Source: a bacterium
Lineage (GTDB): Bacteria > SAR324 > XYD2-FULL-50-16
Assembly: GCA_032250835.1 (NCBI GenBank)
Contig: JAVVEA010000001.1
Location: 143,869 to 207,868 of the forward strand
Reading direction: 5' to 3'
Length of the DNA: 64,000 bases
The translations under genes and the position numbers were made by a program. Positions 47,248-57,532 of the stretch are shown here, piece by piece. Within the stretch, counting starts at the first letter, position 1, and each line of letters opens with the position of its first letter. Below the pieces are notes generated by a model, which saw nothing but the letters and a program-made list of their open reading frames with translations, made no database searches and was not told where the DNA came from.

Positions 47248-47382
47248 CTTATTTTGGGGGTTTAGTTTCTCTGTTTGTGCCAGATTGCCCCTAGACTGGC
47301 AAGGAGCAGCCAGTGATTAAGTCTTTTCAAAGCCAAGCGCCTTGGCATAGCATGCAAGAAAAACCCGATTGCAGCCCTGTAG

Positions 47383-50300
47383 ATGCACTTAACTAAACGA
47401 AATTTCTTACTTTTTGCAGCCCTCACCTTCCTTGGCTTTTTAGGGAACCTAGCCAATGTAGAGATGTTTTTCGGGGTCAATCAGGTCTTCGGCAGCATGT
47501 TTGTGTTACTGATTGCTTGGCTGTTTGGCCCGCGCTGGGCTTTTGCTTCGGCGTTGTTGGCGCATGGTTACACCATCTATCTATGGGGCCATCCTTACGC
47601 CTATATCTCCTTCGTGGCCGAGGCGATTGCGGTCGGGTTTATGACCCGCCGGGGTTTACACCTTTTATACGCCGACGCGCTTTATTGGATCTTCGGTATT
47701 TTGTTGGTGCCCATCTTTTATGGTAGCGTCATGGGCCTCAGTAATGCTCAGGTCACGCTGATCGCGCTCAAACAACCGGCCAACGGCTTGTTTAACGCGT
47801 TGGGTGCGGCCCTATTAGCCTCCACGCCCTGGCTTTGGAATCGACTAGGCATCCAATCGCCCAAACACAAGATCAGTGAATTACTGACCACCCTGGTGAT
47901 GAGCTTTGTGGTCAGTTCGCTGTACATTTTAGCGAACATCTCAACGGCTGCTAGTTTTAAAGAGAACCAAGAAAAGGTCTCGACCGAAGTGATCCGGTCT
48001 AATGCTCATCTAGACAACGAGTTTAATGCCTTCCATGAAAATAATCGATCCCAAGCCTTCTTACATCTCGAGCGGTATCAAAGAGAAGGGAAGGTCACCC
48101 TGCTGGCAGACTATATACCCGAAACGGCGATCTACTGGGCCAATACCGGCGAACTGCCAAAACTAATCGCCCAAAAAGCTGGGTACGCCCAACCAGAACT
48201 GCCCAGTCTGGCTAAAACCCATAGCAGCATCCATTTGCTCCAGATGGACCGACCCACCATCCAGTTGCATTATAACTACCAAGGGAGCGAGCTCTTCCTT
48301 TTGCTACCTATAGAAGCGTTAAACCACCTGCTACGACGCCAACAATCGGTCTACTCAAACCATGCAGTCATTTATTTAATCTATCAGGACAAGGTTTGGG
48401 CCTCTTCGGACGAATTGGCGATAGGAAAGCCCGTCGATAGCCTACTGTCAGGCGAACGGCACAATACCCCCTCCGGCGCATTCCATCTATTGCCCACCAC
48501 AGCGGATTTACCCAAAATGTTGCGGTGGAAAGAATCTAAATTTGCCCATTCCTTCCAGCCTTCGGGCGAAGACTGGTACTTACTTTCGATCCAAAGCTTC
48601 GGCCCGCATATAGATGAGTTGCAACAGCTCTACATCCAGACCTTTGCCCTGATGCTGCTGATTTTCTTGCTTTCACTTTTGATCATCCATCAAATCTCCA
48701 GGAGCGTAGGATCTGCCTTTGGGTTTGTCTATGAAGCGACCAGCAACCTTCCGGGGCGTCTGTTAGCAAACCAAACCCCGCAATGGCCCGCTAGCTCGAT
48801 CTATGAATTAGACCAACTGACCTCGAATTTTAGAGAAGTAGGCCAGTTGCTCGGGAAACACTTCAAGCAGTCAAAAGAACGTTACGACAAACTCTTTGAA
48901 AGCAGCCATGATGCCCTTTTGGCTTTGTCTCTCGATACCCTAGAAATCGAAGACGCCAATGCCAAAGCAGAGGAACTGACCGGTCTTTCGCGCGAACTGC
49001 TGATAGGGCGTTGGGTTGGTAATTTTTTACCGGGGGTGCATGGGGAGACCTTGTCTGCCATCGAAAATGCAGAAGACCAGATCCACTATCTGGCCGGTAG
49101 CCGGCAGACTGCCGTACAGGTTCGCTCTGTTGTCGTTGCTTCTGGAGAGCGGGAATTGTTGGTGTTGATCCTGCGCGATATGAGCGACCGAATCGAAGCC
49201 GAGGATCAATTCCATCTGATGGCGATGGTTTTTGAGACCACCACCGAAGGGATCTTGATCACCGATCCCCAGACCCGGATTTTAATGGTCAACCGGGGCT
49301 TTGAAAAGATCACCGGGTTTTCGGCCCATGAGGCAATAGGAAAAACACCGGCATTGCTGCATTCAGGCTGGCAGAACGACGAGTTTTACCAAGTGATGTG
49401 GCGCGAGATCAATCAGAAAGGCCACTGGGATGGTGAAATATGGAACCGACGCAAAAACGGGGACCTCTTTTCGGAATGGATCTCCATCTATGCAGTAAAA
49501 GACACCCAGGGCGTGATCAAAAACTTCGTGGGCATCGTGGTGGATATAACCGAAAAGAAGCGAACTGAAGAAAAGATCAGCCAGCTAGCCTTTTTCGACG
49601 CCTTAACCGGCCTACCGAACCGTACGTTGTTCTGGGACCGCTTCGATCATGCCATCGAAAAGGTCAAACGCGACCAGAGCCGTTTGGCCTTGATGTTCTT
49701 GGATCTAGATAACTTCAAGATGATCAACGACACCCTGGGGCACCAGACAGGCGACCAACTGTTAAAGGGCGTCGCGGCCCGCGTGCACGGCGAACTCCGA
49801 CGTTCCGATACGATGGCACGTCTCGGCGGAGACGAGTTTACCTTGATTGTAGAAGAAATCGAAGGCACCGAGACAGTGGTCGGGGTGGCGGAAAAAATAA
49901 TTGAGGTCCTTAAAAAGCCCTTCATCATAGATGGAAAGGACGTGTACACCAGCTTTTCGATAGGTATCTGTATCTTCCCCGATGACGCCAATAACGCCGG
50001 ACAATTGCTGCAAGCGGCTGATACGGCGATGTACCGAGCTAAAGACTTGGGCAAAAATGGCTTCCAGTTTTATAAGGCGGAAATGAACCGCGAAGCTCTA
50101 GAGCAGATGCACCTAGAGTCCGGCTTACGCGATGCGATGAGCAATAACCAACTAATGGTCTATTACCAGCCGCAAGTGTGCTTAAGCAGTTTAAAAATTA
50201 TCGGTGCAGAGGCCCTACTGCGGTGGAAACACCCCCAAGAAGGGTTTATCGGGCCCAGCCGCTTCATTCCAGTCGCCGAACTCTCGGGGTTGATCGGCGA

Positions 50301-50886
50301 AATTGAAGACTGGATGTTACGCGAAGTTTCTTCCCAATTAGGCGCTTGGCTGAAAATCATGCCAGACTTTAAGGTTTCGGTGAATATTTCTAATTATCAA
50401 TTTGGCCGTGATGATTTTGTCCAGCGTACCCGCAACTCGATTGGTTACCAACAGGGCGACTCTTGCGAAGCGATTGAACTAGAGTTGACGGAACGGATCG
50501 TGATGGACGATTCAAGGGTCCGCCGCAAGCTGGATGCACTGAAAGAACTGGGATTTTTGTTGTCCTTAGACGACTTTGGGACCGGCTATTCTTCCTTAGG
50601 CTATCTGAAAAACTACCGGATCGATAAATTAAAAATCGATAAATCCTTTGTCGACGACCTAACTAAAGACCGCAAAAGCAAAGACATCATTCTGGCCATC
50701 ATCAACCTCTCTGCCAGCATGAACATGTCCTGCGTTGCCGAGGGGGTCGAAACCGAAGAACAGGCGGAGATCCTTCGGTCCTTGGGTTGTCAGTTTGGGC
50801 AAGGTTATCTCTGGGCCCGGCCCCTGCCCACCGACCAATTCACCGCTATCTTAACCTCGGGTCTATCTCAGGAAAAAAGGGCTTAG
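47383..50886 (+). CDS. Membrane-bound sensor diguanylate cyclase/phosphodiesterase (multi-TM N-terminus, PAS domains, GGDEF and EAL)
   Basis: 1167 aa. GGDEF motif (RLGGDEFTLIV). EAL motifs (EALLRW, DDFGTGYSSL, KIDKSFV). PAS-like segments in between. Confidence 0.85.
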   Translation: MHLTKRNFLLFAALTFLGFLGNLANVEMFFGVNQVFGSMFVLLIAWLFGPRWAFASALLAHGYTIYLWGHPYAYISFVAEAIAVGFMTRRGLHLLYADALYWIFGILLVPIFYGSVMGLSNAQVTLIALKQPANGLFNALGAALLASTPWLWNRLGIQSPKHKISELLTTLVMSFVVSSLYILANISTAASFKENQEKVSTEVIRSNAHLDNEFNAFHENNRSQAFLHLERYQREGKVTLLADYIPETAIYWANTGELPKLIAQKAGYAQPELPSLAKTHSSIHLLQMDRPTIQLHYNYQGSELFLLLPIEALNHLLRRQQSVYSNHAVIYLIYQDKVWASSDELAIGKPVDSLLSGERHNTPSGAFHLLPTTADLPKMLRWKESKFAHSFQPSGEDWYLLSIQSFGPHIDELQQLYIQTFALMLLIFLLSLLIIHQISRSVGSAFGFVYEATSNLPGRLLANQTPQWPASSIYELDQLTSNFREVGQLLGKHFKQSKERYDKLFESSHDALLALSLDTLEIEDANAKAEELTGLSRELLIGRWVGNFLPGVHGETLSAIENAEDQIHYLAGSRQTAVQVRSVVVASGERELLVLILRDMSDRIEAEDQFHLMAMVFETTTEGILITDPQTRILMVNRGFEKITGFSAHEAIGKTPALLHSGWQNDEFYQVMWREINQKGHWDGEIWNRRKNGDLFSEWISIYAVKDTQGVIKNFVGIVVDITEKKRTEEKISQLAFFDALTGLPNRTLFWDRFDHAIEKVKRDQSRLALMFLDLDNFKMINDTLGHQTGDQLLKGVAARVHGELRRSDTMARLGGDEFTLIVEEIEGTETVVGVAEKIIEVLKKPFIIDGKDVYTSFSIGICIFPDDANNAGQLLQAADTAMYRAKDLGKNGFQFYKAEMNREALEQMHLESGLRDAMSNNQLMVYYQPQVCLSSLKIIGAEALLRWKHPQEGFIGPSRFIPVAELSGLIGEIEDWMLREVSSQLGAWLKIMPDFKVSVNISNYQFGRDDFVQRTRNSIGYQQGDSCEAIELELTERIVMDDSRVRRKLDALKELGFLLSLDDFGTGYSSLGYLKNYRIDKLKIDKSFVDDLTKDRKSKDIILAIINLSASMNMSCVAEGVETEEQAEILRSLGCQFGQGYLWARPLPTDQFTAILTSGLSQEKRA

Positions 50887-50988
50887 TATCAAGTTCCCCC
50901 GGTCTGGCCTACTTTTTTGGTAGTTTACCCTTGCCCCTGCATAGTCTATGATCTCTCCAGACAGCGGTAAATTACTTATAGAGCGCCC

Positions 50989-53900
50989 TTGATGCTGAGC
51001 CCACGAAACTTTTTGATTCTCTGTCTGGCCTGTTTAATGGCTACCTTCGGGGCCAACTTAATGGCCCAGGAACGCCCCCATCGGGTCTTACTACTGCACT
51101 CTTACCACCCTAACATGGCCTGGACCGAGGGGGTCACCCAGGGGGTTATCGAAGGCCTCCGTCCCTTCCCTGGCCAGCTTGAGTTGGTGGTGGAATATAT
51201 GGATACCAAGCGGGTATTCAATCCCCAATACCTGGAGGAATTGGCCCGGTTGCTTCGCCTTAAATACAAACCAGGCGACCTGGACCTGGTGATTGCCTCG
51301 GACAACAACGCATTGGATTTTATGGTCCAGCGCGGCAGCTCCGTCTTTGGCATTGTTCCGGTGGTCTTTTGCGGCGTCAATTTTTTCCAGCCTGAAATGC
51401 TGGGCAAAGGGGACTTACCGATTACCGACGTCCCCGAAGAGTTTGATGCCTTAGGCACCATCAAAGCAGCGTTAAAACTGCAACCGAACCTACGTGAAGT
51501 TCTGGTGGTTGCCGATCCTACCCCCACCGGGGTGGCTTGGGCCAATACGACGCGCGAGCAGTTAAGAAACCTAAAGGAAATTAACCTCCGTTTTGGCAAC
51601 CAGGGTGCCTTTGAATCCCTACTAGACGAAGTCAAAGCGCTAGCCCCCGATGCGGCCGTATTGTTTACCGTCTATTTCCGTGACGCTACAGGCCAGTTTT
51701 TTCCTGAAAATCAGGCCCTTAAGCAACTGGCTGCGGCCTCACCGGTACCGATCTATGGCTTGTTGAACTTTGACCTTGAAAAGGGGATCGTCGGCGGCAA
51801 CCTGATCAGCGGCTATTCCCAGGGCAAAGCCGCCACCCAATTGGTTGAACAGGTGTTAGGCGGCGTTCCAGCCAACCAAGTCCCCTTGATGCGCTCAGGC
51901 GTAAACGAAATGATTTTCGATTACAACATGCTGCGTCGCCACAACTTAGACCCTTCCGATTTACCGGCTGGTTCATTTTTGATCAATAAGCCCAAAAGTT
52001 TAGTCCAACAGAATCTCAGTCTGATCCTTTGGGTTAGTGGGTTTGTGATTCTACAGTCTTTGGTTTTGGTATACCTTTTGTGGTTGCTGAATAGCCGTCG
52101 GCGGGCCCGTGCAGTAGCCCAAAACCAAGAGGCTCAGTACCACGACTTAGTGGAAACGCTGCCCCAAGGGCTCTTGGAACTAGACCCCAAGGGAACCATC
52201 TTAATCGCTAACCAGGCGGCCTCAGAGCTTTTTTCCGTGCCCTTGACCGCCATGATTGGCCAACCGATCAGCCAGTTCTTCGTGCCCCTGCAATCGGAGT
52301 CTGCATCGGAACTCGTTGCCGAGTTGTACCAAGGGGTTTTCTTCCCGCCGGTGATTGATGCAAAGTTCTATGGTACTAGCCGTGAAGAACATTGGCTGGA
52401 ATTGCTTTGGAGTTTTTCGCCCAGCCGGGACGGTCGATCAAAGGAATTGACCCTATTGGTTACCGAGGTAACCGAACAGCGCCGCGTAAGACAGCAGCTC
52501 GAAGAATACACTTTAAAGCTTGAGCAATTGGTAGAAGAAAAAACCGCCGATCTGTCGGGGTTGTTAGCCAAACAGCAACTGCTGCTCGACAACAGCATGG
52601 TGGGCATCGTGGTGACGCAAGGCCGAAGGCTTCGCCAAGCCAACAAACATCTTTTGACCCTGACGGGATATCGCATTGAAGAGATCCTGGGCGAACATGC
52701 TTTAGATTTTTATGGCACCGCAGAAGACCGAGATCAGGTATTTACCGAAGGTTACCCGCTCTTAGCACAGGGTCAAACCTACCGCGCCGAGGTTCAGGTT
52801 AAACGCAAAGACGGAAGTACCTTTTGGTGCAGTATGGCCGGTAAAGCCATTGACCCCGCTGACTTAGATAAAGGCATCATTTGGATCTTGATTGATGTCA
52901 CCGAAACCCATCAAGCCGTTGAGGACCTAAAAACCGCCATGCGCGCGGCCGAAGAAGCAGCGCAGATCAAATCCGACTTCTTGGCCCGCATGAGCCACGA
53001 AATCCGCACCCCCATGAACGGCATTGTGGGGATGATCGAATTTTTAGAGGGCACTGAAACCACCAAGGAGCAAAAGGAAGCGCTTCAATTGATGGAACAT
53101 TCTACCCGGACCTTGCTGGCGGTAATCAATGACATCCTCGACTTCAGCAAGATTGAGTCCGGAAAAATACAACCCCTTCCCTCCAAGTTCGCTCTCTTAG
53201 AAGAGTTGAGTAAAATCCGCCAATTGTACCACCTCGAGGCACAAAGCCGAGTACTGGACTTTAAGGTCTTCTTAGACCCCTTGTTACCCCAGTGGATTTG
53301 GATTGATGGCTTGCGGTTGATCCAGGTTTTGTCCAATTTACTAAACAACGCCTGTAAATTTACCGATCCTGGAGGTCAGGTCATTTTAAGATGCCAACTG
53401 GCCAGTGCACAGGAATTGGTCTTTGAAATTGAAGATACCGGGATCGGTGTGCCCGACGACCGCAAAAAGGCGATCTTTATGGCCTTCGAACAGGCCACGG
53501 ATAAAACCAGCATGCGTTTTGGCGGCAGCGGGTTGGGTTTAGCGATCAGCAAACGGCTGATTGAAATGATGCAAGGGAGCATCCGGTTGGATGATGCCCC
53601 CAAGGGTGGAGCCCTGTTTAAGGTTCGCGTTCCTTTTAGTCCAGTAGATCCGCCAGAAATGCCGCAGACTTCCTCGGAAACGCCAGCCGACCTAGCGGGG
53701 CTTAAGTTGTTGTTAGTGGAGGACAACCTAGCCAACCAGAAGGTGGCCACCAAGATATTGAACCGCATGAATGCCGAGGTTGAAGTGGCCGAAAACGGCG
53801 CGGAGGCTTTAGACAAGCTTTCACGCCAAAACTTTGACCTCGTCTTGATGGATATGCGGATGCCGGTCATGGATGGGATTGAAGCGACCCAAAAGATTCG

Positions 53901-54066
53901 GGCTGGAGCCGGAGTTGTCTTAGACAGCAAAGTACCGATTGTCGCGCTAACCGCCAACGCCATGGACCAAGACCGTAAACTTTGTTTGCAGAGCGGCATG
54001 AATGACTTCATCGCCAAGCCCTTTAAGGCCCAAGAGCTGCTCGAAACCATCCGCCGTAATCTGTAA
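50989..54066 (+). CDS. Hybrid sensor histidine kinase/response regulator with a periplasmic solute-binding-protein-like sensor domain
   Basis: 1025 aa. Signal/TM, ABC-substrate-binding-like N-terminal domain, TM, PAS domains, HisKA (MSHEIRTPMNGIVGM), HATPase (G-boxes), C-terminal REC (LLVEDN...DLVLMDMRMP). Confidence 0.85.
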   Translation: MMLSPRNFLILCLACLMATFGANLMAQERPHRVLLLHSYHPNMAWTEGVTQGVIEGLRPFPGQLELVVEYMDTKRVFNPQYLEELARLLRLKYKPGDLDLVIASDNNALDFMVQRGSSVFGIVPVVFCGVNFFQPEMLGKGDLPITDVPEEFDALGTIKAALKLQPNLREVLVVADPTPTGVAWANTTREQLRNLKEINLRFGNQGAFESLLDEVKALAPDAAVLFTVYFRDATGQFFPENQALKQLAAASPVPIYGLLNFDLEKGIVGGNLISGYSQGKAATQLVEQVLGGVPANQVPLMRSGVNEMIFDYNMLRRHNLDPSDLPAGSFLINKPKSLVQQNLSLILWVSGFVILQSLVLVYLLWLLNSRRRARAVAQNQEAQYHDLVETLPQGLLELDPKGTILIANQAASELFSVPLTAMIGQPISQFFVPLQSESASELVAELYQGVFFPPVIDAKFYGTSREEHWLELLWSFSPSRDGRSKELTLLVTEVTEQRRVRQQLEEYTLKLEQLVEEKTADLSGLLAKQQLLLDNSMVGIVVTQGRRLRQANKHLLTLTGYRIEEILGEHALDFYGTAEDRDQVFTEGYPLLAQGQTYRAEVQVKRKDGSTFWCSMAGKAIDPADLDKGIIWILIDVTETHQAVEDLKTAMRAAEEAAQIKSDFLARMSHEIRTPMNGIVGMIEFLEGTETTKEQKEALQLMEHSTRTLLAVINDILDFSKIESGKIQPLPSKFALLEELSKIRQLYHLEAQSRVLDFKVFLDPLLPQWIWIDGLRLIQVLSNLLNNACKFTDPGGQVILRCQLASAQELVFEIEDTGIGVPDDRKKAIFMAFEQATDKTSMRFGGSGLGLAISKRLIEMMQGSIRLDDAPKGGALFKVRVPFSPVDPPEMPQTSSETPADLAGLKLLLVEDNLANQKVATKILNRMNAEVEVAENGAEALDKLSRQNFDLVLMDMRMPVMDGIEATQKIRAGAGVVLDSKVPIVALTANAMDQDRKLCLQSGMNDFIAKPFKAQELLETIRRNL

Positions 54067-54182
54067 AGTAACCTGCCTCTGAGCCTTTTCGGTCACCCAG
54101 GAGGACTGTACAGCCCGCCTAAAAGTCTTTAGCATAGTTCCCGAGGCCCACAGATAGGCCGTAACCTGAGCAAAGAGATCCC

Positions 54183-55100
54183 TTGAACGCATTGGCCAAA
54201 TACACTTGGGGCCTATTGGCCTATAACTTGGGCGTAATCCTTTGGGGAGCCTATGTACGTGCCACCGGCTCCGGTGCCGGTTGTGGCCGTCATTGGCCGA
54301 CCTGTAACGGGGAAGTGATCCCCTTAGAGCCCAGCATCAAAACCATGATCGAATACAGCCACCGGTTCACCAGCGGCTTGGCCTTGATCTCGGTCCTGGT
54401 GCTGTTGGTTTGGGCGATAAGGCTTTATCCCAAGGGCCATCAGGTCCGTAAAGGGGCCTGGGCCTCGGTGATCTTAATGATCACCGAAGGCGGCTTAGGG
54501 GCTGGTTTGGTTCTCTTTGAATTGGTTGCCGGTGACACCTCTATGGCGCGGGTCTATTCGATGGGCCTACACCTGATCAACACCTTCTTGCTCTTGGCGG
54601 CGATTTCGTTGACCGCCTTTTGGGCTAGCGGCGGCAAGGACTTCTTCCTTAAAGGCCACGGGGCCATTGGCCGCAAGGTATATACCGGCTTAGGGCTGCT
54701 GTTATTGATCGGGGTCACCGGTGCGGTTACCGCCTTAGGCGACACCCTTTTTCCGCCCGAAGGGATCGGGGCTGGGATGATGGCTGACGGGGAAGGGGGC
54801 GTTTATTTCATCAAACGCTTGCGGATCTTCCACCCGATTCTGGCCGTAACCCTGGGCCTTTATTTCCTCTTTTTAGGTATGAATTTGCGCCGTCCCCGTT
54901 TTTCGGAACCGGTCCGGCGTCTTGCCGGAGGGCTGATGGCCCTTTATGTAGCGCAAATTGGGGTCGGCGTGGTGAATATCTTTTTGCATGTTCCCGTTTG
55001 GACGCAGATGCTGCATCTGCTCTTTGCCGATCTGGTTTGGATCACCTTGGTTTTGGTAGGGGCCCAAGTATTCACCGAAGGAGCCGACCAGACCGCATAA
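54183..55100 (+). CDS. ctaA: Heme A synthase (COX15/CtaA)
   Basis: 305 aa with about 8 TM helices. N-terminal Cys pair (GSGAGCGRHWPTCNG). Conserved His residues in the TM helices. Confidence 0.8.
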   Translation: MNALAKYTWGLLAYNLGVILWGAYVRATGSGAGCGRHWPTCNGEVIPLEPSIKTMIEYSHRFTSGLALISVLVLLVWAIRLYPKGHQVRKGAWASVILMITEGGLGAGLVLFELVAGDTSMARVYSMGLHLINTFLLLAAISLTAFWASGGKDFFLKGHGAIGRKVYTGLGLLLLIGVTGAVTALGDTLFPPEGIGAGMMADGEGGVYFIKRLRIFHPILAVTLGLYFLFLGMNLRRPRFSEPVRRLAGGLMALYVAQIGVGVVNIFLHVPVWTQMLHLLFADLVWITLVLVGAQVFTEGADQTA

Positions 55101-55114
55101 ACGAAGGAGCCTAG

Positions 55115-55384
55115 ATGGACTTCGATAGATTGATGGTCAAATTGGAAATCGAGCGGGTTTTAGACCAACTGGTCAAAGCGTTCCAGGACGTTGAACAACG
55201 CTCGCTGATGGAATACTACCACGAGCTTTTTCGGGATTTAAAAAGCCTCATCGACCCGATCTGTGAATTCGGTTCAGCGGCACATTTGATGGTCATGCTG
55301 CCTGAACGTTTGCGCGATATTGAAAAGGAATTGGGTAGACCTTTAGAGCTAGACCCGAGCTTTAAACAGTTGATCAAGTTCTGA
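55115..55384 (+). CDS. Small hypothetical protein
   Basis: 89-aa ORF, helical, charged. 14 bp downstream of ctaA. Confidence 0.4.
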   Translation: MDFDRLMVKLEIERVLDQLVKAFQDVEQRSLMEYYHELFRDLKSLIDPICEFGSAAHLMVMLPERLRDIEKELGRPLELDPSFKQLIKF

Positions 55385-55563
55385 GGCAGGCTGATTTGCG
55401 GCTTGGCAGTCTCATGGTAGGCTGCCGACTTCCTCTTTGGAATCTTCCTTGCATTTTATTCAAATACCCCGCCCAATGGCGGAGCTTTGCACCAATAAAA
55501 TGACCATAATAAACCTATAGATTCAGTATGATATACTTGAATCCTGTAGGTTTTCTGGGCCGC

Positions 55564-57069
55564 TCAGCTCCGGCCCATCCCCAGCAAAAAAACCTCTAGC
55601 TCAGGCAAGGCGCGCAGTTGGGCGCGCAGGTCTTCTTTGTCAAAATGTTTTAACCTTTCGGTAACGCGGTCAAAGGCGATGCGCATGGCCTCTTCTCGGG
55701 CTTTTTCTAACTGAAGCTCATATTCTTCATTTAATTCAGCTCGCTGCGCGGCCAATTCCGTTGAATCCAGGGCTCGCTGGTTTTCCAAGGTAACCTTCCC
55801 CTGGGCCTGCTGGGCCGCGGCGTGGGGGTTGTAGATACCTACTAAGGTTTGCAGACTATACCAAAGCCTAGCCTTGTCTTGGGTCTGCGAAAGAAGGTTT
55901 TCCGATAACAACCACCGCTCAAGCGGCTGGCCAGCCCAAATATAGGGCCGTTTACCGAGGCGGTCATGGTATGCAAGGTTAAAATATTCCACCAAAGTTA
56001 GGTCATTCGGCCCCGGCAGTTCCAGCTTAACAAATTGGTTCTTTAGGTTCTCTACGCCAAAAGCGAAGTGGGCAAAGGTGAGCGGTAGTTGCATCGTTTC
56101 CCCGGAACGCTCTGGATTCGGAACCTCGCGAATCACCCAAGGCTGTTCCACCGAAGGGTTTGAACCCAAATCAAGGCAAGAACTCCAGGCAAACCCCTGG
56201 TCCGGGTCGTAGCGCATATAAGGGAAGGCGCGGCTGGCCAAGGCCAACTCGTCGGCCGCGTCATCGGGTCCTTCATAGATGGAGACCAAAGCGGGCCGGT
56301 TGGTTTGCAGCGCCCCCATAAGTTCTTGATCACACCGCCCCTTAAGCCCGGCACAAAGTTTTACCACATAAGCATTGCGCAGCCCTAAACCCAAAAAGCC
56401 CAAATCCGGGTGGGCCATGGTGGCAATAGCTCGTCCTTCTTCAAATTGGTGGAAGTTGATATGGTCTTGGAAAACCACCACTTTAAAGGGCACGCCTTTG
56501 GCCAGCAGGGCGTACAAATCGCCCGCTTGGGCGGCCCAATCTTCTAAGAAGTCCGTATAGACCACGAAGGGAGGGCATAACGAAAGCTCTTCATCACTCA
56601 ACTGCTTCCATCCCATATTGGCAAAGAGCAGATCGTCCTGGCGGGTTTCATAGGCCTGTCCCACCAGCCATTCGATCATCCGAACACGACTTAAGACCTC
56701 GACCATTGGGGCGATGAACGCGCCGAACTGTTTGACCAAGGCCCCGGTATTTGACTTAAAGTCCACCAAACAGGGGCTGGGTATTTCATGCTGCCATTTG
56801 GACTGCCAACGCTCCAATACTTTTAGGGCCTGCTCAACGCGCAGGCGCTCTGCTTCGGTCGGCGGAGGTCCTTTGCGCATCCTTTCGGCTAGCGGCTCGA
56901 ACAAGGGGCCATGGAGGGGTTTTATGTGGGCTAAGCAGTCCGGTCCAGAGCCGTCTAAAAACCCGCGACCCAACGCAAGCCCTCCTTCCAAGCGGGCCAT
57001 AAGGTCCCGCGCTCGGCCTTGCCAATGTCGATAGATCACGGCCAAAACTTTTTGTTTCATCGAAAGCAA
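55564..57069 (-). CDS. Hypothetical protein, 501 aa, with a C-terminal coiled-coil
   Basis: Long ORF with coding-like composition. No recognisable catalytic motif. Confidence 0.5.
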   Translation of the reverse strand: MLSMKQKVLAVIYRHWQGRARDLMARLEGGLALGRGFLDGSGPDCLAHIKPLHGPLFEPLAERMRKGPPPTEAERLRVEQALKVLERWQSKWQHEIPSPCLVDFKSNTGALVKQFGAFIAPMVEVLSRVRMIEWLVGQAYETRQDDLLFANMGWKQLSDEELSLCPPFVVYTDFLEDWAAQAGDLYALLAKGVPFKVVVFQDHINFHQFEEGRAIATMAHPDLGFLGLGLRNAYVVKLCAGLKGRCDQELMGALQTNRPALVSIYEGPDDAADELALASRAFPYMRYDPDQGFAWSSCLDLGSNPSVEQPWVIREVPNPERSGETMQLPLTFAHFAFGVENLKNQFVKLELPGPNDLTLVEYFNLAYHDRLGKRPYIWAGQPLERWLLSENLLSQTQDKARLWYSLQTLVGIYNPHAAAQQAQGKVTLENQRALDSTELAAQRAELNEEYELQLEKAREEAMRIAFDRVTERLKHFDKEDLRAQLRALPELEVFLLGMGRS

Positions 57070-57532
57070 CCCTGCACAAGATTTTACCTACCCATTTGGG
57101 CGAAAAAGCTGACTCAATCCGACCATATGGTCTAATGTTCCTGTCTTCAGAAGACACAAGAATTTTTTGACAGCATAACCCATCATTAACGTCGAAACAA
57201 GGTTTACTTATGAAGAGCTACCTAGGGCCAAAATAGACTTTCCCCAGCCAATACCCTATACAGGTACGTTTTTTGGGTCGGATTTTGCAAACAAGCTAGC
57301 CACTAAGCCAGAAACGGAACTAGACCCAATAAAACAAGAAAATATTTAGGTCCTTTTCGAACATCTAGGGGTTGTGAACCCTAAGCCCTGGCCTTAAGAG
57401 CGTTTATCATAGAATTTGAATATTTCCGCTCGTAGCCCAACGGACTGGCTTCTACAGGCTTCTCTGGTTGATCAAATTTGCCGACTTATGTTAACTTTGT
57501 CGTAGCGCACCAACGTACTTAGGATACTGGAA

